A stretch of 64,000 bases of DNA. Origin: a virus. This document shows, one piece after another, positions 10,558-21,393 of the stretch. Location: positions 1 to 64,000 of the IMG/VR virus record IMGVR_UViG_3300003177_000010. One strand, written 5' to 3'. The translations under genes were made by a program, and so were the position numbers. The notes under the pieces are model-generated. The model was not told the DNA's origin. It ran no database searches and saw only the letters and a list, made by a program, of their open reading frames with translations. Every line of letters starts with the position of its first letter. Within the stretch, counting starts at the first letter, position 1.

Positions 10558-11214
10558 TCATCCATACTTTTTCCTTTTATTAGGAGATTTACGAAAGCTA
10601 AGCTCATTAAAACCTCGTTTAGCAATTTTATATTTATCAGATAACTCTACCATTTTTGGAGATTGTCCTCCTAGTACCCCAGAAATAAACATTGATAGCT
10701 CCTGAAAAGCAGAAGTAGCATTAAACACTTTGTAAAACTCTATATCTTTGAGCACAGGATTATAAATAACACTAATTCCCTCAAAAATCTCGTTAGAAAC
10801 ACCATAAAGTATAATAGGAATACCTGTTTTATATTGATATTCTAATAGTTTTTTATTATCTTTAGGAATATAATCAAAAAAGTTATCTTTATTAAACCAA
10901 TTATAATATTCTAATTTGTGTAATTCTTTTTTACTTTTTGCGTAATTATATAAGGATTCTTTAGTATAAAAGTATTTTTTACTATACAAGTCTGTGCAGC
11001 GAACACCTTTATATACTTTATCACAGAAAACTACGTAAAAAGTACTATAACCATTGCGACTTACGATAGTCTTATCTATAATATCAGATACCTCTTTATA
11101 TTCAATAGAATCTTTAAAAAATTCTTTAGTTTTACGAACATAGTGACACGTAGTATCTACTCCGTAAGCGATAGCAGTATCATAATAATCTCGGAACTTA
11201 GAATGTAAAAGCAT
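10558..11214 (-). CDS. Conserved hypothetical phage protein
   Basis: SKFRDYYD...AFQELSMF...GF..SFRK pattern; AGGAG SD. Confidence 0.7.
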   Translation of the reverse strand: MLLHSKFRDYYDTAIAYGVDTTCHYVRKTKEFFKDSIEYKEVSDIIDKTIVSRNGYSTFYVVFCDKVYKGVRCTDLYSKKYFYTKESLYNYAKSKKELHKLEYYNWFNKDNFFDYIPKDNKKLLEYQYKTGIPIILYGVSNEIFEGISVIYNPVLKDIEFYKVFNATSAFQELSMFISGVLGGQSPKMVELSDKYKIAKRGFNELSFRKSPNKRKKYG

Positions 11215-11273
11215 AATTTTTTATCTCCTTTGTATTATAATAGTACTAATTTAGCCTTATAGCAACTTTAATA

Positions 11274-11525
11274 TTACAAGAAATGAATTAAACAGTCGGT
11301 TACATTATGAAGCATAAGGTACTTATCAATAGCAGGATAAGCGTCTTTATTAACACGGTAAGAATCATAAAAGAAATTTTCACCTTCACGAGACCAGTTA
11401 AAGTAATCTGTATCCATTCCTAGGTCATAATAACTCCATAAAAGTCGTACTTCTTCTCTTATATCTGAAGGACAAGAATCTCCTATAACCTCAAGAATAT
11501 ATTGTTGTGTAAGTGCTTTTGTCAT
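11274..11525 (-). CDS. Hypothetical protein
   Basis: ORF. Confidence 0.55.
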   Translation of the reverse strand: MTKALTQQYILEVIGDSCPSDIREEVRLLWSYYDLGMDTDYFNWSREGENFFYDSYRVNKDAYPAIDKYLMLHNVTDCLIHFL

Positions 11526-11722
11526 TTTGTTACCTTATATTTACTAAAGAATAATAACCAATACAAATAGCCTGTAATAAGCATAGCAGGTCCTAAGAAA
11601 AAAACAGCTATAGTAGCAGAATAAAAATTTAATACCATTGCTACCATAATAAGTAGCATAGCTATCCTAATTAGAGTATTACCTATTTTTTTAATATGTA
11701 TAAGCTTTTCTTTATCTGTCAT
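11522..11722 (-). CDS. Small membrane protein (2 TM)
   Basis: Two hydrophobic segments. Confidence 0.55.
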   Translation of the reverse strand: MTDKEKLIHIKKIGNTLIRIAMLLIMVAMVLNFYSATIAVFFLGPAMLITGYLYWLLFFSKYKVTK

Positions 11723-11723
11723 G

Positions 11724-12722
11724 TTAGCTAATCCCCAAAAAGTAATCTAAAATGGCATAGTGATCTTCGAAGAGCATAGACCTATCAATTTTACTAAAAG
11801 GAACCCATACAGCCTTTTCAGCATCATCAGACCCTGTAACTTTAGATAGGGTGCTAGTAAAACCTAGGTCAATGTAAAAAGCAGTAGTGATAGTCCTTCC
11901 GCGAGTTGAACGATTAGGGTCATCAAACACTTTTTCTGCCTTGATGGAGCCTTTTAGTACTGGGATAGGTACTTTAAGCTTTGTTTCTTCTTTAAGCTCT
12001 CTAAGCGCTCCGTTCAATAATGTTTCCTCGTGATTTAGGAAACCTCCAGGCAGTGCCCATAAACCTGCACCAGGCGAGGATTTACGTCTAACAAGTAAAA
12101 CATGTCCTGACTGAGTTACTACCGTGTCTACTGTTTGAAAAATTACAGGGTAGGGGGCTTGTTCCCAAGACTGTTTATACTGATCTACTAAACGTACTTC
12201 CTCTCTAATAATATCAAAATCTTTAGTAGTAGTAAAATCTCGTAAGTATTTATTTACAGAGCCAGGTATATAGCAGCTAATAAAATGACCAGCATTTTTA
12301 AATAAATTATTACGAATATCCGTAGCATTAATATCTGCACCCTTTTTATTAGTAACTGCTGGTACAGAATAAGCACCCCAGTTAGGGAAAATATTTAAGT
12401 AATAAGAGGTGCTATCTTTATTATAGCCAACAAGGCTGACCGCGCCAATAGCGACAGTTTCTACTGCTTTAGTAATAGTAGCAACCCATTTGTTATCATT
12501 ATATTGGTAGTCTGCAACAGGAAGAACCACGACCTGTGGAAATACAGACTTGATCATGGCTTTACGTTCAGCAAAAGTGAACGGATTTCGAGCGTTGCGA
12601 GGTGCAAAAGATGAACCTACAACTATAATAACTTGGTCGCTAACTCTAAGAGCAGCATCTACAACGGATTTATGTCCGTTGTGAAAAGGCGAAAAACGCC
12701 CTATAAAAACACTAGTTTTCAT
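11724..12722 (-). CDS. nadM: Bifunctional NMN adenylyltransferase / ADP-ribose Nudix hydrolase
   Basis: GRFSPFHNGH, RNPFT..ER, Nudix box PGGFL.....LLNGALRELKEETKL, GSDDA. Confidence 0.95.
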   Translation of the reverse strand: MKTSVFIGRFSPFHNGHKSVVDAALRVSDQVIIVVGSSFAPRNARNPFTFAERKAMIKSVFPQVVVLPVADYQYNDNKWVATITKAVETVAIGAVSLVGYNKDSTSYYLNIFPNWGAYSVPAVTNKKGADINATDIRNNLFKNAGHFISCYIPGSVNKYLRDFTTTKDFDIIREEVRLVDQYKQSWEQAPYPVIFQTVDTVVTQSGHVLLVRRKSSPGAGLWALPGGFLNHEETLLNGALRELKEETKLKVPIPVLKGSIKAEKVFDDPNRSTRGRTITTAFYIDLGFTSTLSKVTGSDDAEKAVWVPFSKIDRSMLFEDHYAILDYFLGIS

Positions 12723-13289
12723 GTGTAAAAATTCCTTTTACATAACTTTATATTACAACCTATTAGCAAATTATTTTTTAAATTAATATGCTGGTTTAGG
12801 TTTAGTTCTTCCTTTTATTATCCTAGGTTTGTAGTACTTTTTAAACATAATCAACACTTATTCCTCTAGAAGATATATAAGTAAATCTTTACCGTAAGGG
12901 CCGACACCTCCAGCATCAATCCATTCTTCATCTCATTTACTTTCTCAGGGTCTGCCTTACCTTTAGTAGCCTTCATTACTATTAGGTAATTCCTTAGCTT
13001 ATCGAGGCTGTAAGTTATCATGGTTATTTACAATGATTTTATTAACTACGTTTTGCTAAAATCAGTGTGACTATATGCATCTGTATAAAAGGGGTATAAC
13101 CATTCTAAATTACTCATAGATATATCGACATTTTTACCTGCAGAAGCGATAGGCCCAATTAATTAATATTAGCTAGATTGTATGTCAGCCCAGAGAAACT
13201 GTGGCTTCTAGGTGCCCAAGCATCCTCAAATAAGCTACCCATAAGTAGCACTGGTATAACAAATACTAGTAATCTTAATATCTTTTTCA

Positions 13290-13625
13290 TTATCTTATGT
13301 ACGCTCCTAGAACCCATCCAATATGCCCTTCAGTATAAATAGTGTTTTCTTTTATAAACTTATTCAGGTTATTAGAGTTAATATTCTCCTCTAAATCATA
13401 CATATAGGCATCCTGGCCTTCTTGTATCGACTTTTTAAATACTAGGTAATAAGTAGGATATTCACAGTGGCCTATGAATTTTATAGAAAACTCTGTATCA
13501 GGAAATAAAGTAGTAAAACACTCTTCTACATCCTCCCCTAATTCTTCATCATAGAAACTAGGAATATAATCAAAATCTCCTATTTTTACTCCATAAAAGA
13601 CTATACCATAAAGATGACTACTCAT
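13290..13625 (-). CDS. Hypothetical protein
   Basis: ORF. Confidence 0.6.
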   Translation of the reverse strand: MSSHLYGIVFYGVKIGDFDYIPSFYDEELGEDVEECFTTLFPDTEFSIKFIGHCEYPTYYLVFKKSIQEGQDAYMYDLEENINSNNLNKFIKENTIYTEGHIGWVLGAYIR

Positions 13626-13909
13626 TTAATACAGCTGTCAAAGTAAGTGCTTTGTACTTTACTAGCACTCCAATCTGAGGAGTAAATAGCTTGCCCTGCC
13701 GCAGATAGTATAATACCAAATAGCTGGTCTACTTCAGTACTATTATGAGTATCGTAGTACTGAATAGCTGTAGTAAGTGGTATATTTTGATCTCGCATTT
13801 TAGCGATACCCTCCGCTACTAGGCTTTGCACCATACATGATTCATACGCACTTTGTGCTTGTGAAATAGAGGCGGTTGATAGAGCAATTAAGATAATTAA
13901 TTTTTGCAT
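13622..13909 (-). CDS. Secreted hypothetical protein
   Basis: Signal peptide (A-Q-A), two Cys. Confidence 0.6.
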   Translation of the reverse strand: MQKLIILIALSTASISQAQSAYESCMVQSLVAEGIAKMRDQNIPLTTAIQYYDTHNSTEVDQLFGIILSAAGQAIYSSDWSASKVQSTYFDSCIK

Positions 13910-14283
13910 TTGGTCCTGTTTATTTAAAAGAAAGGAAAAAGAAAAACGTAGTTTTATAAGTCAGAAAAACTACAAAAAAATTGTTCAGTATATAAACGAA
14001 GTTTATTAACTTTTGAACTACGCTAAGAAACTCCTATCTCCTACGGAGAAGTCGAGTTCTCAACGATGTATCGAACTCTCTGTTTCTTTTTTTTATAACG
14101 TAAACTAATACTAGCACAGTTTTACTCATTTAGCAAATTATATTTGTTAGAAATAGCAGTAAACCCCTTAAAATTCAGTAATTTTAATTATTTGCTACTA
14201 TAATAAACTAAGTTATATTACTGTAAATAATAGCTAGAGTTTTTGCAACTTCATGAGTAGTGCCTTGTGCTATAATTGTGTTT

Positions 14284-14559
14284 TTATATATAGCAACAAT
14301 TTTTGGATAATAATATTGCATCTTTTTTTAGGGTATTTGCTACAAAATAGCCCTTGTAGAAAAGAGTACCATCTTCAAAAGTAAAGTCTTCAGGAAATTT
14401 GTTCTTTTCGTAATGCTCTTCTGCCATTTTTAATACGTACAAAACGTTAAAAGAGCCATGTATATTAGTATCTTTATAATTAAGCTCGTAGTACTCGTCC
14501 TCTATTTCTATAGTATAGTCTCCTGATACTAAATTACTACCGTTAAATTCCCATTTCAT
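14284..14559 (-). CDS. Hypothetical protein
   Basis: ORF with GAGG SD. Confidence 0.6.
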   Translation of the reverse strand: MKWEFNGSNLVSGDYTIEIEDEYYELNYKDTNIHGSFNVLYVLKMAEEHYEKNKFPEDFTFEDGTLFYKGYFVANTLKKDAILLSKNCCYI

Positions 14560-14694
14560 TTATTTTCCTCTTCTCTCTTTTTTATATTGTATAATGAACA
14601 TATGTATATTTGTATTTTTACAGTTAAGGGTAAAATACTCGTTAGCTATCCTTATTGTATAAGTATCTGGCACTGCTTTATCATGGTATTTCAT

Positions 14695-14973
14695 CTATTT
14701 TACCTTTACATAGTTGTTTAACGAAGTTAAACTGGGGAAGCCAGGTCTTAGCCTATGAAGTAAACCAGTTTGCATAATTAGTAAATCAGCGTAGCTTTTA
14801 CCATTCATAGCATTTAGCGCCCAAGCATCTGCATCGTCACCATTACCATAATTCTCACCCTCCTGAAGGTTTTCTACATCAGGAAGGTATTCTCCAGATA
14901 ACAAACGTGTATTTCTACACACATCAGCTAATAGTTTTTGTAATTCTATTCGCTTTTCTATAAGTTTATTCAT
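14695..14973 (-). CDS. Hypothetical protein
   Basis: ORF with AGGAG SD. Confidence 0.6.
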   Translation of the reverse strand: MNKLIEKRIELQKLLADVCRNTRLLSGEYLPDVENLQEGENYGNGDDADAWALNAMNGKSYADLLIMQTGLLHRLRPGFPSLTSLNNYVKVK

Positions 14974-15648
14974 TTTTAAACTCCTCTAACCATTCATTCC
15001 ATTTTGCATCCGTTATATAAAAAGGGTCAGCTAAACTGGTATTAGACATAACAGGACACGACTTATTTAAGTGAATCCAGCATAAAACGCATAGCTTTCT
15101 CTGCTCTCTTATTAGCTAATGTTTTTGCTTTTCTAGCTATTACCAACCGCTGTTCTAACCCTTTGATGGCTCCAGTATATATGGCCCTATCGTCCTCTCT
15201 ATATTCCTCAATAAGTGCTATTGTAGTTTTTAGAGCAGATTTACTTCTATCCTTTACAGGAATAAAACGCAAATTAGAGTCTAATATTCCAAGGATTTTT
15301 TTGCTTCTTGCTTTTCTTTTCTGGTATACTTAACCATTCTATTATCTTCCTTTTTGTGATAAATTAAGAGATTCGATATCATTGAGCTGCTTCTGTAAGG
15401 TGCTAATGCTATATTTCTCTGCATTAAAATACCAACCATTGCGAAAAGCGTCGGCAAGCACGCTAGGACTATTTACAGGTAAATTATTAATACGCAGAGC
15501 CATTTCTAACTCTATAGGATCATTATCTTTATGCTGACTCATATTATACTCCTTTTCTCCTATAATAACATAAAAAAAGCGTAATAGCAATAAAGAACTA
15601 CGTTCTGAAGCTACTACGCTAGTTATACTATTTAAAATATTTTACTAG

Positions 15649-16098
15649 TTAATTTAACTCAAAATGCGGACCGTCAATAAAAGGTCTACGTTTTTCTTTA
15701 CGTCTTTGGTCTATATAAGACATTTGAGCAGCTTCCATAGTTTTATTCCATTTAGCAATATCAGGCACTGTCCAAGCACCACCCCAGCGCATTTTTACAT
15801 TATATTTTATTGCACCTAGCTTCATAGCATCAGCAATATCATCATACAAATCTAAATCCCAACTTATATGACCTCCAACATATGCAATTAAATCTACAGC
15901 ATCACCTGTTAAATGTTTAGACTTCATTGTTTGTGTTTTCCTAGCAGCTAATAAAGCTCTTTGTTGTTCTATAGTTCTTAGCCCTTGTGTTACACCAAAG
16001 TCTACTTTGGTGACTGTAATAGCATAATTTACTACTTTTATTAGCTTAGGGTTTATGCCAGCCATTCGATCTTTTGAGCGCATTGATAATTTGAACAT
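15649..16098 (-). CDS. Endolysin, M15 family L-Ala-D-Glu peptidase
   Basis: GLRT..QQ, SKHLTGDAVD, RWGGAW, DGPHFEL; start MFKLS after GGAGG. Confidence 0.9.
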   Translation of the reverse strand: MFKLSMRSKDRMAGINPKLIKVVNYAITVTKVDFGVTQGLRTIEQQRALLAARKTQTMKSKHLTGDAVDLIAYVGGHISWDLDLYDDIADAMKLGAIKYNVKMRWGGAWTVPDIAKWNKTMEAAQMSYIDQRRKEKRRPFIDGPHFELN

Positions 16099-16669
16099 CT
16101 TTTCCTCCAATAATAGAGCAAATATCTTTCCAGTTATTAGCTCTTGTTGTAAAATTATTATACCATCTATTATGTGGGTGGTCAAGTAAAATTGATGTTA
16201 AACCTAAATTTTGGCCTATTTCATAATTATTAGGGTTATCTTCTATCCAATAGTTGTCTGTGTATATTGATAACTCTTTAGTCTTATCTTCATTATCTGA
16301 GCTAAAAATTATTTCAGTGAATACGTCACCAAAAATACTATTAAGATTGCTTCTACGCAATGTTCTAGAGTAACTATCCCCTCCCATAGCAGTGATAACA
16401 GTAAATCTATAGTCTAAAGAAGCTAATAATCTAACTCCTTCCTTAGCATCATTTAACGGAGTTAAAAAGCCTATAGCAGCACTTCTATTAAACTCTGTCA
16501 TTAAGTCAAACGCAGTTTGATAGGTCATAGAAGCATATCTATCTTGAAGATTATAAGTATTTCTATGTCTTGGCTGACCATAGCCCCTTTCATGCACCCA
16601 GTTATGAAACGAAGTTTCCCAGTCTAATAGAACACCGTCACAATCTACAAGTATATTTTTGTTACACAT
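16046..16669 (-). CDS. HAD-family 5'(3')-deoxyribonucleotidase-like
   Basis: DCDGVL, WIEDN, HPHN motifs. Confidence 0.8.
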   Translation of the reverse strand: MCNKNILVDCDGVLLDWETSFHNWVHERGYGQPRHRNTYNLQDRYASMTYQTAFDLMTEFNRSAAIGFLTPLNDAKEGVRLLASLDYRFTVITAMGGDSYSRTLRRSNLNSIFGDVFTEIIFSSDNEDKTKELSIYTDNYWIEDNPNNYEIGQNLGLTSILLDHPHNRWYNNFTTRANNWKDICSIIGGKDVQIINALKRSNGWHKP

Positions 16670-16687
16670 TATTGCACTCTTTACCTA

Positions 16688-17047
16688 CTACGTTACCCAT
16701 TTTTTACACATATCTTCAAAGGTACTTTGCACCGCTTCTTTTGCCTTATCCGAAGTACGAAATTTAGTTATGTTATTGTAACAATCTTTTATCCCCTCAT
16801 CACCTATAGATCCATAGTACCAGCCATCTGCAAAATATACAGCACATAATATACTCATACCTATAGCTGTATATCTATTAGTAGCTACTTCACTCCATTT
16901 TAACTTTTTAATTTTGGGTGCTACTACGGATTTAAAAGGTACTTTAAAACGAGTAGTAGAATGGTCTAACCATTCTCCTCTAGGGTACCACGTACCCCCA
17001 GGTAATAGTAAAGGTTCGACATATATAATAGTTGGAATATTACTCAT
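16688..17047 (-). CDS. Hypothetical protein
   Basis: ORF. Confidence 0.55.
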   Translation of the reverse strand: MSNIPTIIYVEPLLLPGGTWYPRGEWLDHSTTRFKVPFKSVVAPKIKKLKWSEVATNRYTAIGMSILCAVYFADGWYYGSIGDEGIKDCYNNITKFRTSDKAKEAVQSTFEDMCKKWVT

Positions 17048-17049
17048 TA

Positions 17050-17601
17050 CTAATTCCTAATTGATATTACGTTATCTGTGCCTGTAGAAAAAGTTTCTTG
17101 AGCACTAGTACTAACTACAATAGAATAGTCAGCTAAGTTTATACGAGGAAATCCTGCAATACTCATCCAAGTACCTGTCCATAAGGAGCCTAATGCAGTA
17201 TTGTATACACGCTTCTGATCAATTAACTTAGTTTGTGCTAGTTGAAAATCATTTCTACCAGCCTCAATGATTTGCTGTAAATTAGTATATACAGAAGAGT
17301 CAATAGTCGGATTAGCTTCTGTTATCATTTGGAACATAGCTTTTGCCCCATCATCGCCATATCTTGCCATTAACGCTGAAGTTGCAACTGTGGTTAAATC
17401 ATCTCTCTGCATATCAGGTATTTGAGCAGCTTCTGCTATTTTATTACCGTATTGCGATAGTATATTTATATTGTTATCGTAGGTAGCTTGAATTGCATTT
17501 TCTAAACGATTGCCTGAATTATAAGCAGAAAAGTAGCTTATTATCCCTATGCTAACCACTGCGGATGTAGTAGCTAATGCTATAAGTATTTTTTTATTCA
17601 T
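17050..17601 (-). CDS. LemA-like membrane-anchored protein
   Basis: N-terminal TM; YN....LE, ENP..D..VY..LQQ.IEAGR, KR.YN. Confidence 0.7.
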   Translation of the reverse strand: MNKKILIALATTSAVVSIGIISYFSAYNSGNRLENAIQATYDNNINILSQYGNKIAEAAQIPDMQRDDLTTVATSALMARYGDDGAKAMFQMITEANPTIDSSVYTNLQQIIEAGRNDFQLAQTKLIDQKRVYNTALGSLWTGTWMSIAGFPRINLADYSIVVSTSAQETFSTGTDNVISIRN

Positions 17602-17615
17602 GTTTTATCTCTTTC

Positions 17616-18725
17616 TTAAATATTAGTGTGGTATGTAAAATAGTATGTTATTGCTGGTGTAGCGATTAATATTAGAATAGCCCCTACTATAAGAACCCAT
17701 AAAGGTGCTGGAGTATCTTCCGCTAAATATTCAAAATTACTCATATCTTGTAAAGTAAAAGAACTAGAGACTGCATCTACTATAATACTATTTATCAGTT
17801 CTGGGTCTATATTTTTAGTAGCTAATATGTTATTTTTTATTTGTGTATTAACTAAGTCTGTAGAACTCCAGGATCTAACATCAACCCATGCTATATCATT
17901 ACTAATTACATCTTCAGTGCCTATAACGATTACAATATCATTAATATTATGTGCATCCCATCCTTGTGCTAGTTGTTCAGCCCATATCTTATTATGTGCT
18001 GTTACTACTATTATTACATTAGCACCTGTATCTATTAATCTACGATTAACTTCCGCTAAAGACTTATTCCAATCGCGCCAAAATTGAGGGGCTACTGTAT
18101 GCTCTGCATAAATCACTCTGTTAGACCTATAGTAGTCAGATATACGTGGATAAGCTATTTCTGCTACCTCTAGAAATTGTTCATTAAATAAAGAATCTGA
18201 TGCACCTTTTATATAATTAACAAATGGTACTTGTATTGCTGTAGGATCTCCTATAGATACTTCACTAAATCTCGGAGGTATATTAACTCCTTGCTTATCT
18301 ACTCTGTTAATCTCATAGGTACCTGTAGTAGCCTCAATAAAATATCTACGTTCCCATGGGTAAATAGACCTATACTCCGTGTGGTAAACTGCGTGGCATG
18401 AACGTGTTTTACCACTACCGGAACAACTTTGCCCGTCATATACAGATTTTGAATCCTGATTTGTACAAAAAGAATCACTAAATCTACTCCAAGAAGTATT
18501 ACAAGATTCTTTACGCGCATTAACAGAAATTACTTCTCCATTCACAAATTTAGTATCTGCAAATTGTAAGTAAGAACCCATAGCAGTTATAAATACTAGT
18601 AATACTAAGGAAAAGCCTAGCTGTATACCTGCCTCTGCTAGTGAGTATGCTTTAGGTTTAAGTAACTTTACTATTCCTATCCATAGTAATACAGGTATGG
18701 TAAAGTATAAAAATAATATCATCAT
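17616..18725 (-). CDS. Phage membrane protein (partner of LemA-like gene)
   Basis: Two N-terminal and one C-terminal TM; Cys-rich periplasmic loop. Confidence 0.7.
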   Translation of the reverse strand: MMILFLYFTIPVLLWIGIVKLLKPKAYSLAEAGIQLGFSLVLLVFITAMGSYLQFADTKFVNGEVISVNARKESCNTSWSRFSDSFCTNQDSKSVYDGQSCSGSGKTRSCHAVYHTEYRSIYPWERRYFIEATTGTYEINRVDKQGVNIPPRFSEVSIGDPTAIQVPFVNYIKGASDSLFNEQFLEVAEIAYPRISDYYRSNRVIYAEHTVAPQFWRDWNKSLAEVNRRLIDTGANVIIVVTAHNKIWAEQLAQGWDAHNINDIVIVIGTEDVISNDIAWVDVRSWSSTDLVNTQIKNNILATKNIDPELINSIIVDAVSSSFTLQDMSNFEYLAEDTPAPLWVLIVGAILILIATPAITYYFTYHTNI

Positions 18726-19038
18726 TTATTCCTCATATAAACTCTCATAGTCTTCTCAAGATAAGTCTACGTTACTTGTGCTAAATTCTTCAAGGTTTTT
18801 TAATAGTAATTCCTCATAAATCTTACTAATAGCTACTTCGAAAGTATCTTCTAACATACTAGTAAATACTCTGCTGCTGCAGCTTTAGCACTGCCTATAC
18901 TACTTTCGTGCCCTAAAAAAGTATTACCTATATATAAGGTGTACTTAGGGAAAATAGGACTATTATAGATGTAAAAAGTACCTATATCCGATTCTGCGTA
19001 TAAACAGAACTCTACGTTATCTTTTTCTGTGTGCCATT

Positions 19039-19359
19039 TCATTTTCTAAACTCCAAATAATTATTTAAATACATTTCTATATTTTTCTTACCAATAGGGT
19101 TTTGGCTATGAACATAAAAAGTAAAATCTTTAGGTATATTATAAAAACCTTCTGCCATATCTAATTCTACAAGCCACTTAGCAATATCATAACCAGTAGG
19201 CTCTTGTTTACCCAAATCATGGTCGAAAGATATAAAAGTAGGTAGGCTATTAAAATACAGTATATATTCTGCTACCTCTTTCTTATTTCTTGCAATTAAA
19301 GTATTTAAGTCATACTTAGCAGGCATTCTTTCATCATCTAAGAATAGTTTCCAGTTCAT
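19039..19359 (-). CDS. Cyclic-phosphate-processing receiver-domain protein
   Basis: LFLDDER, ISFDHDLG, TGYD, HSQNP.G. Confidence 0.8.
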   Translation of the reverse strand: MNWKLFLDDERMPAKYDLNTLIARNKKEVAEYILYFNSLPTFISFDHDLGKQEPTGYDIAKWLVELDMAEGFYNIPKDFTFYVHSQNPIGKKNIEMYLNNYLEFRK

Positions 19360-19786
19360 TAATAGTATCCTTTGTATTTTTATGTAATATAAAAGTACCA
19401 CCTACAGTTTCCCAAGAGTACCTGGCGCTAGCTCTATCATCAATTAGTACGTCACCTTCTTGACAATACTTATACTTCTCATAAGACCAGCAAGTTATAA
19501 CTTTAGTATTAATACCTAAATGTTTTTTACACCATTTTATTTTTTGTACTTCTGCCCCCTTACCTCTAGGCACTCCTGTTAGTATTATAGGGTGGTACTT
19601 CTTGATACTTGACCACAATTCCTCTCCGTCAATAGTCCAAGGCAACTCTGTAAAAAAATTAGGATACTTATGTAGTGTACTCCATAAGGTACTAGGTTCT
19701 ATGTCGTTAGGCTTTTTACCGAAAATACTAAAAATACGACTATTAAAGTCAGCTAACACACCATCTAGGTCACAGTATATTTTCAA
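19334..19786 (-). CDS. HAD 5'-nucleotidase-like
   Basis: DLDGVLADF, K..W, LIDDR. Confidence 0.85.
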   Translation of the reverse strand: MKIYCDLDGVLADFNSRIFSIFGKKPNDIEPSTLWSTLHKYPNFFTELPWTIDGEELWSSIKKYHPIILTGVPRGKGAEVQKIKWCKKHLGINTKVITCWSYEKYKYCQEGDVLIDDRASARYSWETVGGTFILHKNTKDTINELETILR

Positions 19787-20156
19787 TTTGTTTTACTCCA
19801 CAACTTAATGCTTTTTTAACCATATGTCTAGTACCTTTCCCTCCAGGAAACGCTATTATATGTGTAGGCTCTTCTTCCAGCATACGAGTATTTCTAATAA
19901 AACCTGCACTTTTACCATATTTATCCCACTCTGCTTGGAATTCTAATAGTTTTACATCGTTTTCATACGCCCACCTAGCTGCTATAGTGTCAGCTCCTTT
20001 AGCCATACCAGAAATAATGACTAAGTTACTTTTATTCAAAATTTTAATAGCCGCTTCGTATTGACGGACCCTATTATTGTATTCTTCTGGATATTCTTGT
20101 GCATCTATATATGAAAAAGCACCATAATCTCTGCCACCACAAACTAAAACTCTCAT
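19770..20156 (-). CDS. SLOG/YspA (DUF2493) protein
   Basis: VCGGRD, SGMAKGAD, W.KYGKSAGFIRN, FPGGKGT. Confidence 0.85.
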   Translation of the reverse strand: MRVLVCGGRDYGAFSYIDAQEYPEEYNNRVRQYEAAIKILNKSNLVIISGMAKGADTIAARWAYENDVKLLEFQAEWDKYGKSAGFIRNTRMLEEEPTHIIAFPGGKGTRHMVKKALSCGVKQIENIL

Positions 20157-20566
20157 ATTTTACCCTTTATTTTATTCCGTAAACCAGAACTAGAAAAAGA
20201 GTGTTTTCTAGAGTTATAGTGTATTTTTATATGCTTCTCTTCACATACCTGTTTTCCTGTGAAATCTATTTTAGACTGATATTCTTCCCCAATAAATCGT
20301 ATATCCAATTTATAAGATAGTAGTATGTCTAATAGCTCATTCTCATGTTCATAGGGTATAATCTCATCTACATAGGCGCATCCTTTCAGTTGTGTATACC
20401 TCTCAAACACAGACTGTATTGGCTTATTTTTACTACTTCTATCTATAGAGGGGTCGATCTGTAGACCTACTATTAGATAGTCGCAGTGCTCTGCAGCTTC
20501 TTTAAGCATTATTACGTGCCCTGCATGTAGTAAGTCAAAAGCAGAAAAAGTTATACCTACTATCAT
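20153..20566 (-). CDS. Cytidylyltransferase (TagD-like)
   Basis: FDLLHAGH, ER..QL....VDEI, SSS.LR. Confidence 0.9.
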   Translation of the reverse strand: MIVGITFSAFDLLHAGHVIMLKEAAEHCDYLIVGLQIDPSIDRSSKNKPIQSVFERYTQLKGCAYVDEIIPYEHENELLDILLSYKLDIRFIGEEYQSKIDFTGKQVCEEKHIKIHYNSRKHSFSSSGLRNKIKGKI

Positions 20567-20961
20567 TAGCTATCCTTAATATCTAATAGCTTAAATAGAG
20601 TAGTGCCTACTTCTCCGCTAATACCTTCTGGTACTCCTGCGTTACTACTCTCTTTAGCTACTAAAGTAGTTATCACATATGCAACTCTTTTTAGAGCCGC
20701 TTTAGTAGCACCTTCTAGTCCTGTAGGGTCAATGCCTATATTGTATAAGTCACGCATAATTTCTTTTTTAGTTTTACCATTGCTCCTAATTGCTCCCTTA
20801 GGGATAGGTACATATACTCCTAAGTTTACCAATTTAGCTCTTACAGATTTTATAGGTTTATTATATTTATTAGCTATTTCTGTAAGCCCTTCGTTACCTA
20901 GTTCATTGTACATTACTACAATGCTAGCTACATCTTCGTCGGTATAATTTATTGTTGCCAT
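20566..20961 (-). CDS. T5 D3/D5-like DNA-binding protein
   Basis: NYT.E...EIA......SVRAKLV..GVY, TKKE, LEGATK. Confidence 0.6.
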   Translation of the reverse strand: MATINYTDEDVASIVVMYNELGNEGLTEIANKYNKPIKSVRAKLVNLGVYVPIPKGAIRSNGKTKKEIMRDLYNIGIDPTGLEGATKAALKRVAYVITTLVAKESSNAGVPEGISGEVGTTLFKLLDIKDS

Positions 20962-21393
20962 TTAGTAATCTCATTCTATATTATAATAAAAAACAATAAT
21001 TAGCAATAATAATTACTGTTTTTTAGCTAGTTCTTCTTTAAGTAACTTAATCTCTCTTAATAAAGCTGCTATTTCATCGTCTTTTATTAGCATGTATAAT
21101 TCGTGTGTTTCTATATCTATGTATCCAAATTCCATAACATATCCTATAATATCTGGGCTAATCCTGACCCTGTTATTGAGAATTTATCTAAATTCTCAGA
21201 ATTATTCTGTATATTTGTATCTTCATAATGGTAATGCTTAATATTACCATAGTTATTTTATACCTTGCCATTATGTTTACCGTTATTTTGCTTTTTTATT
21301 GTTAAGTACAGATAGATATATAAGTACCTATAATAGTAGATAGTAATGCTGTGATAGCTACTAAAGTTATTATTATGTAAATAAAAGCTCTCA

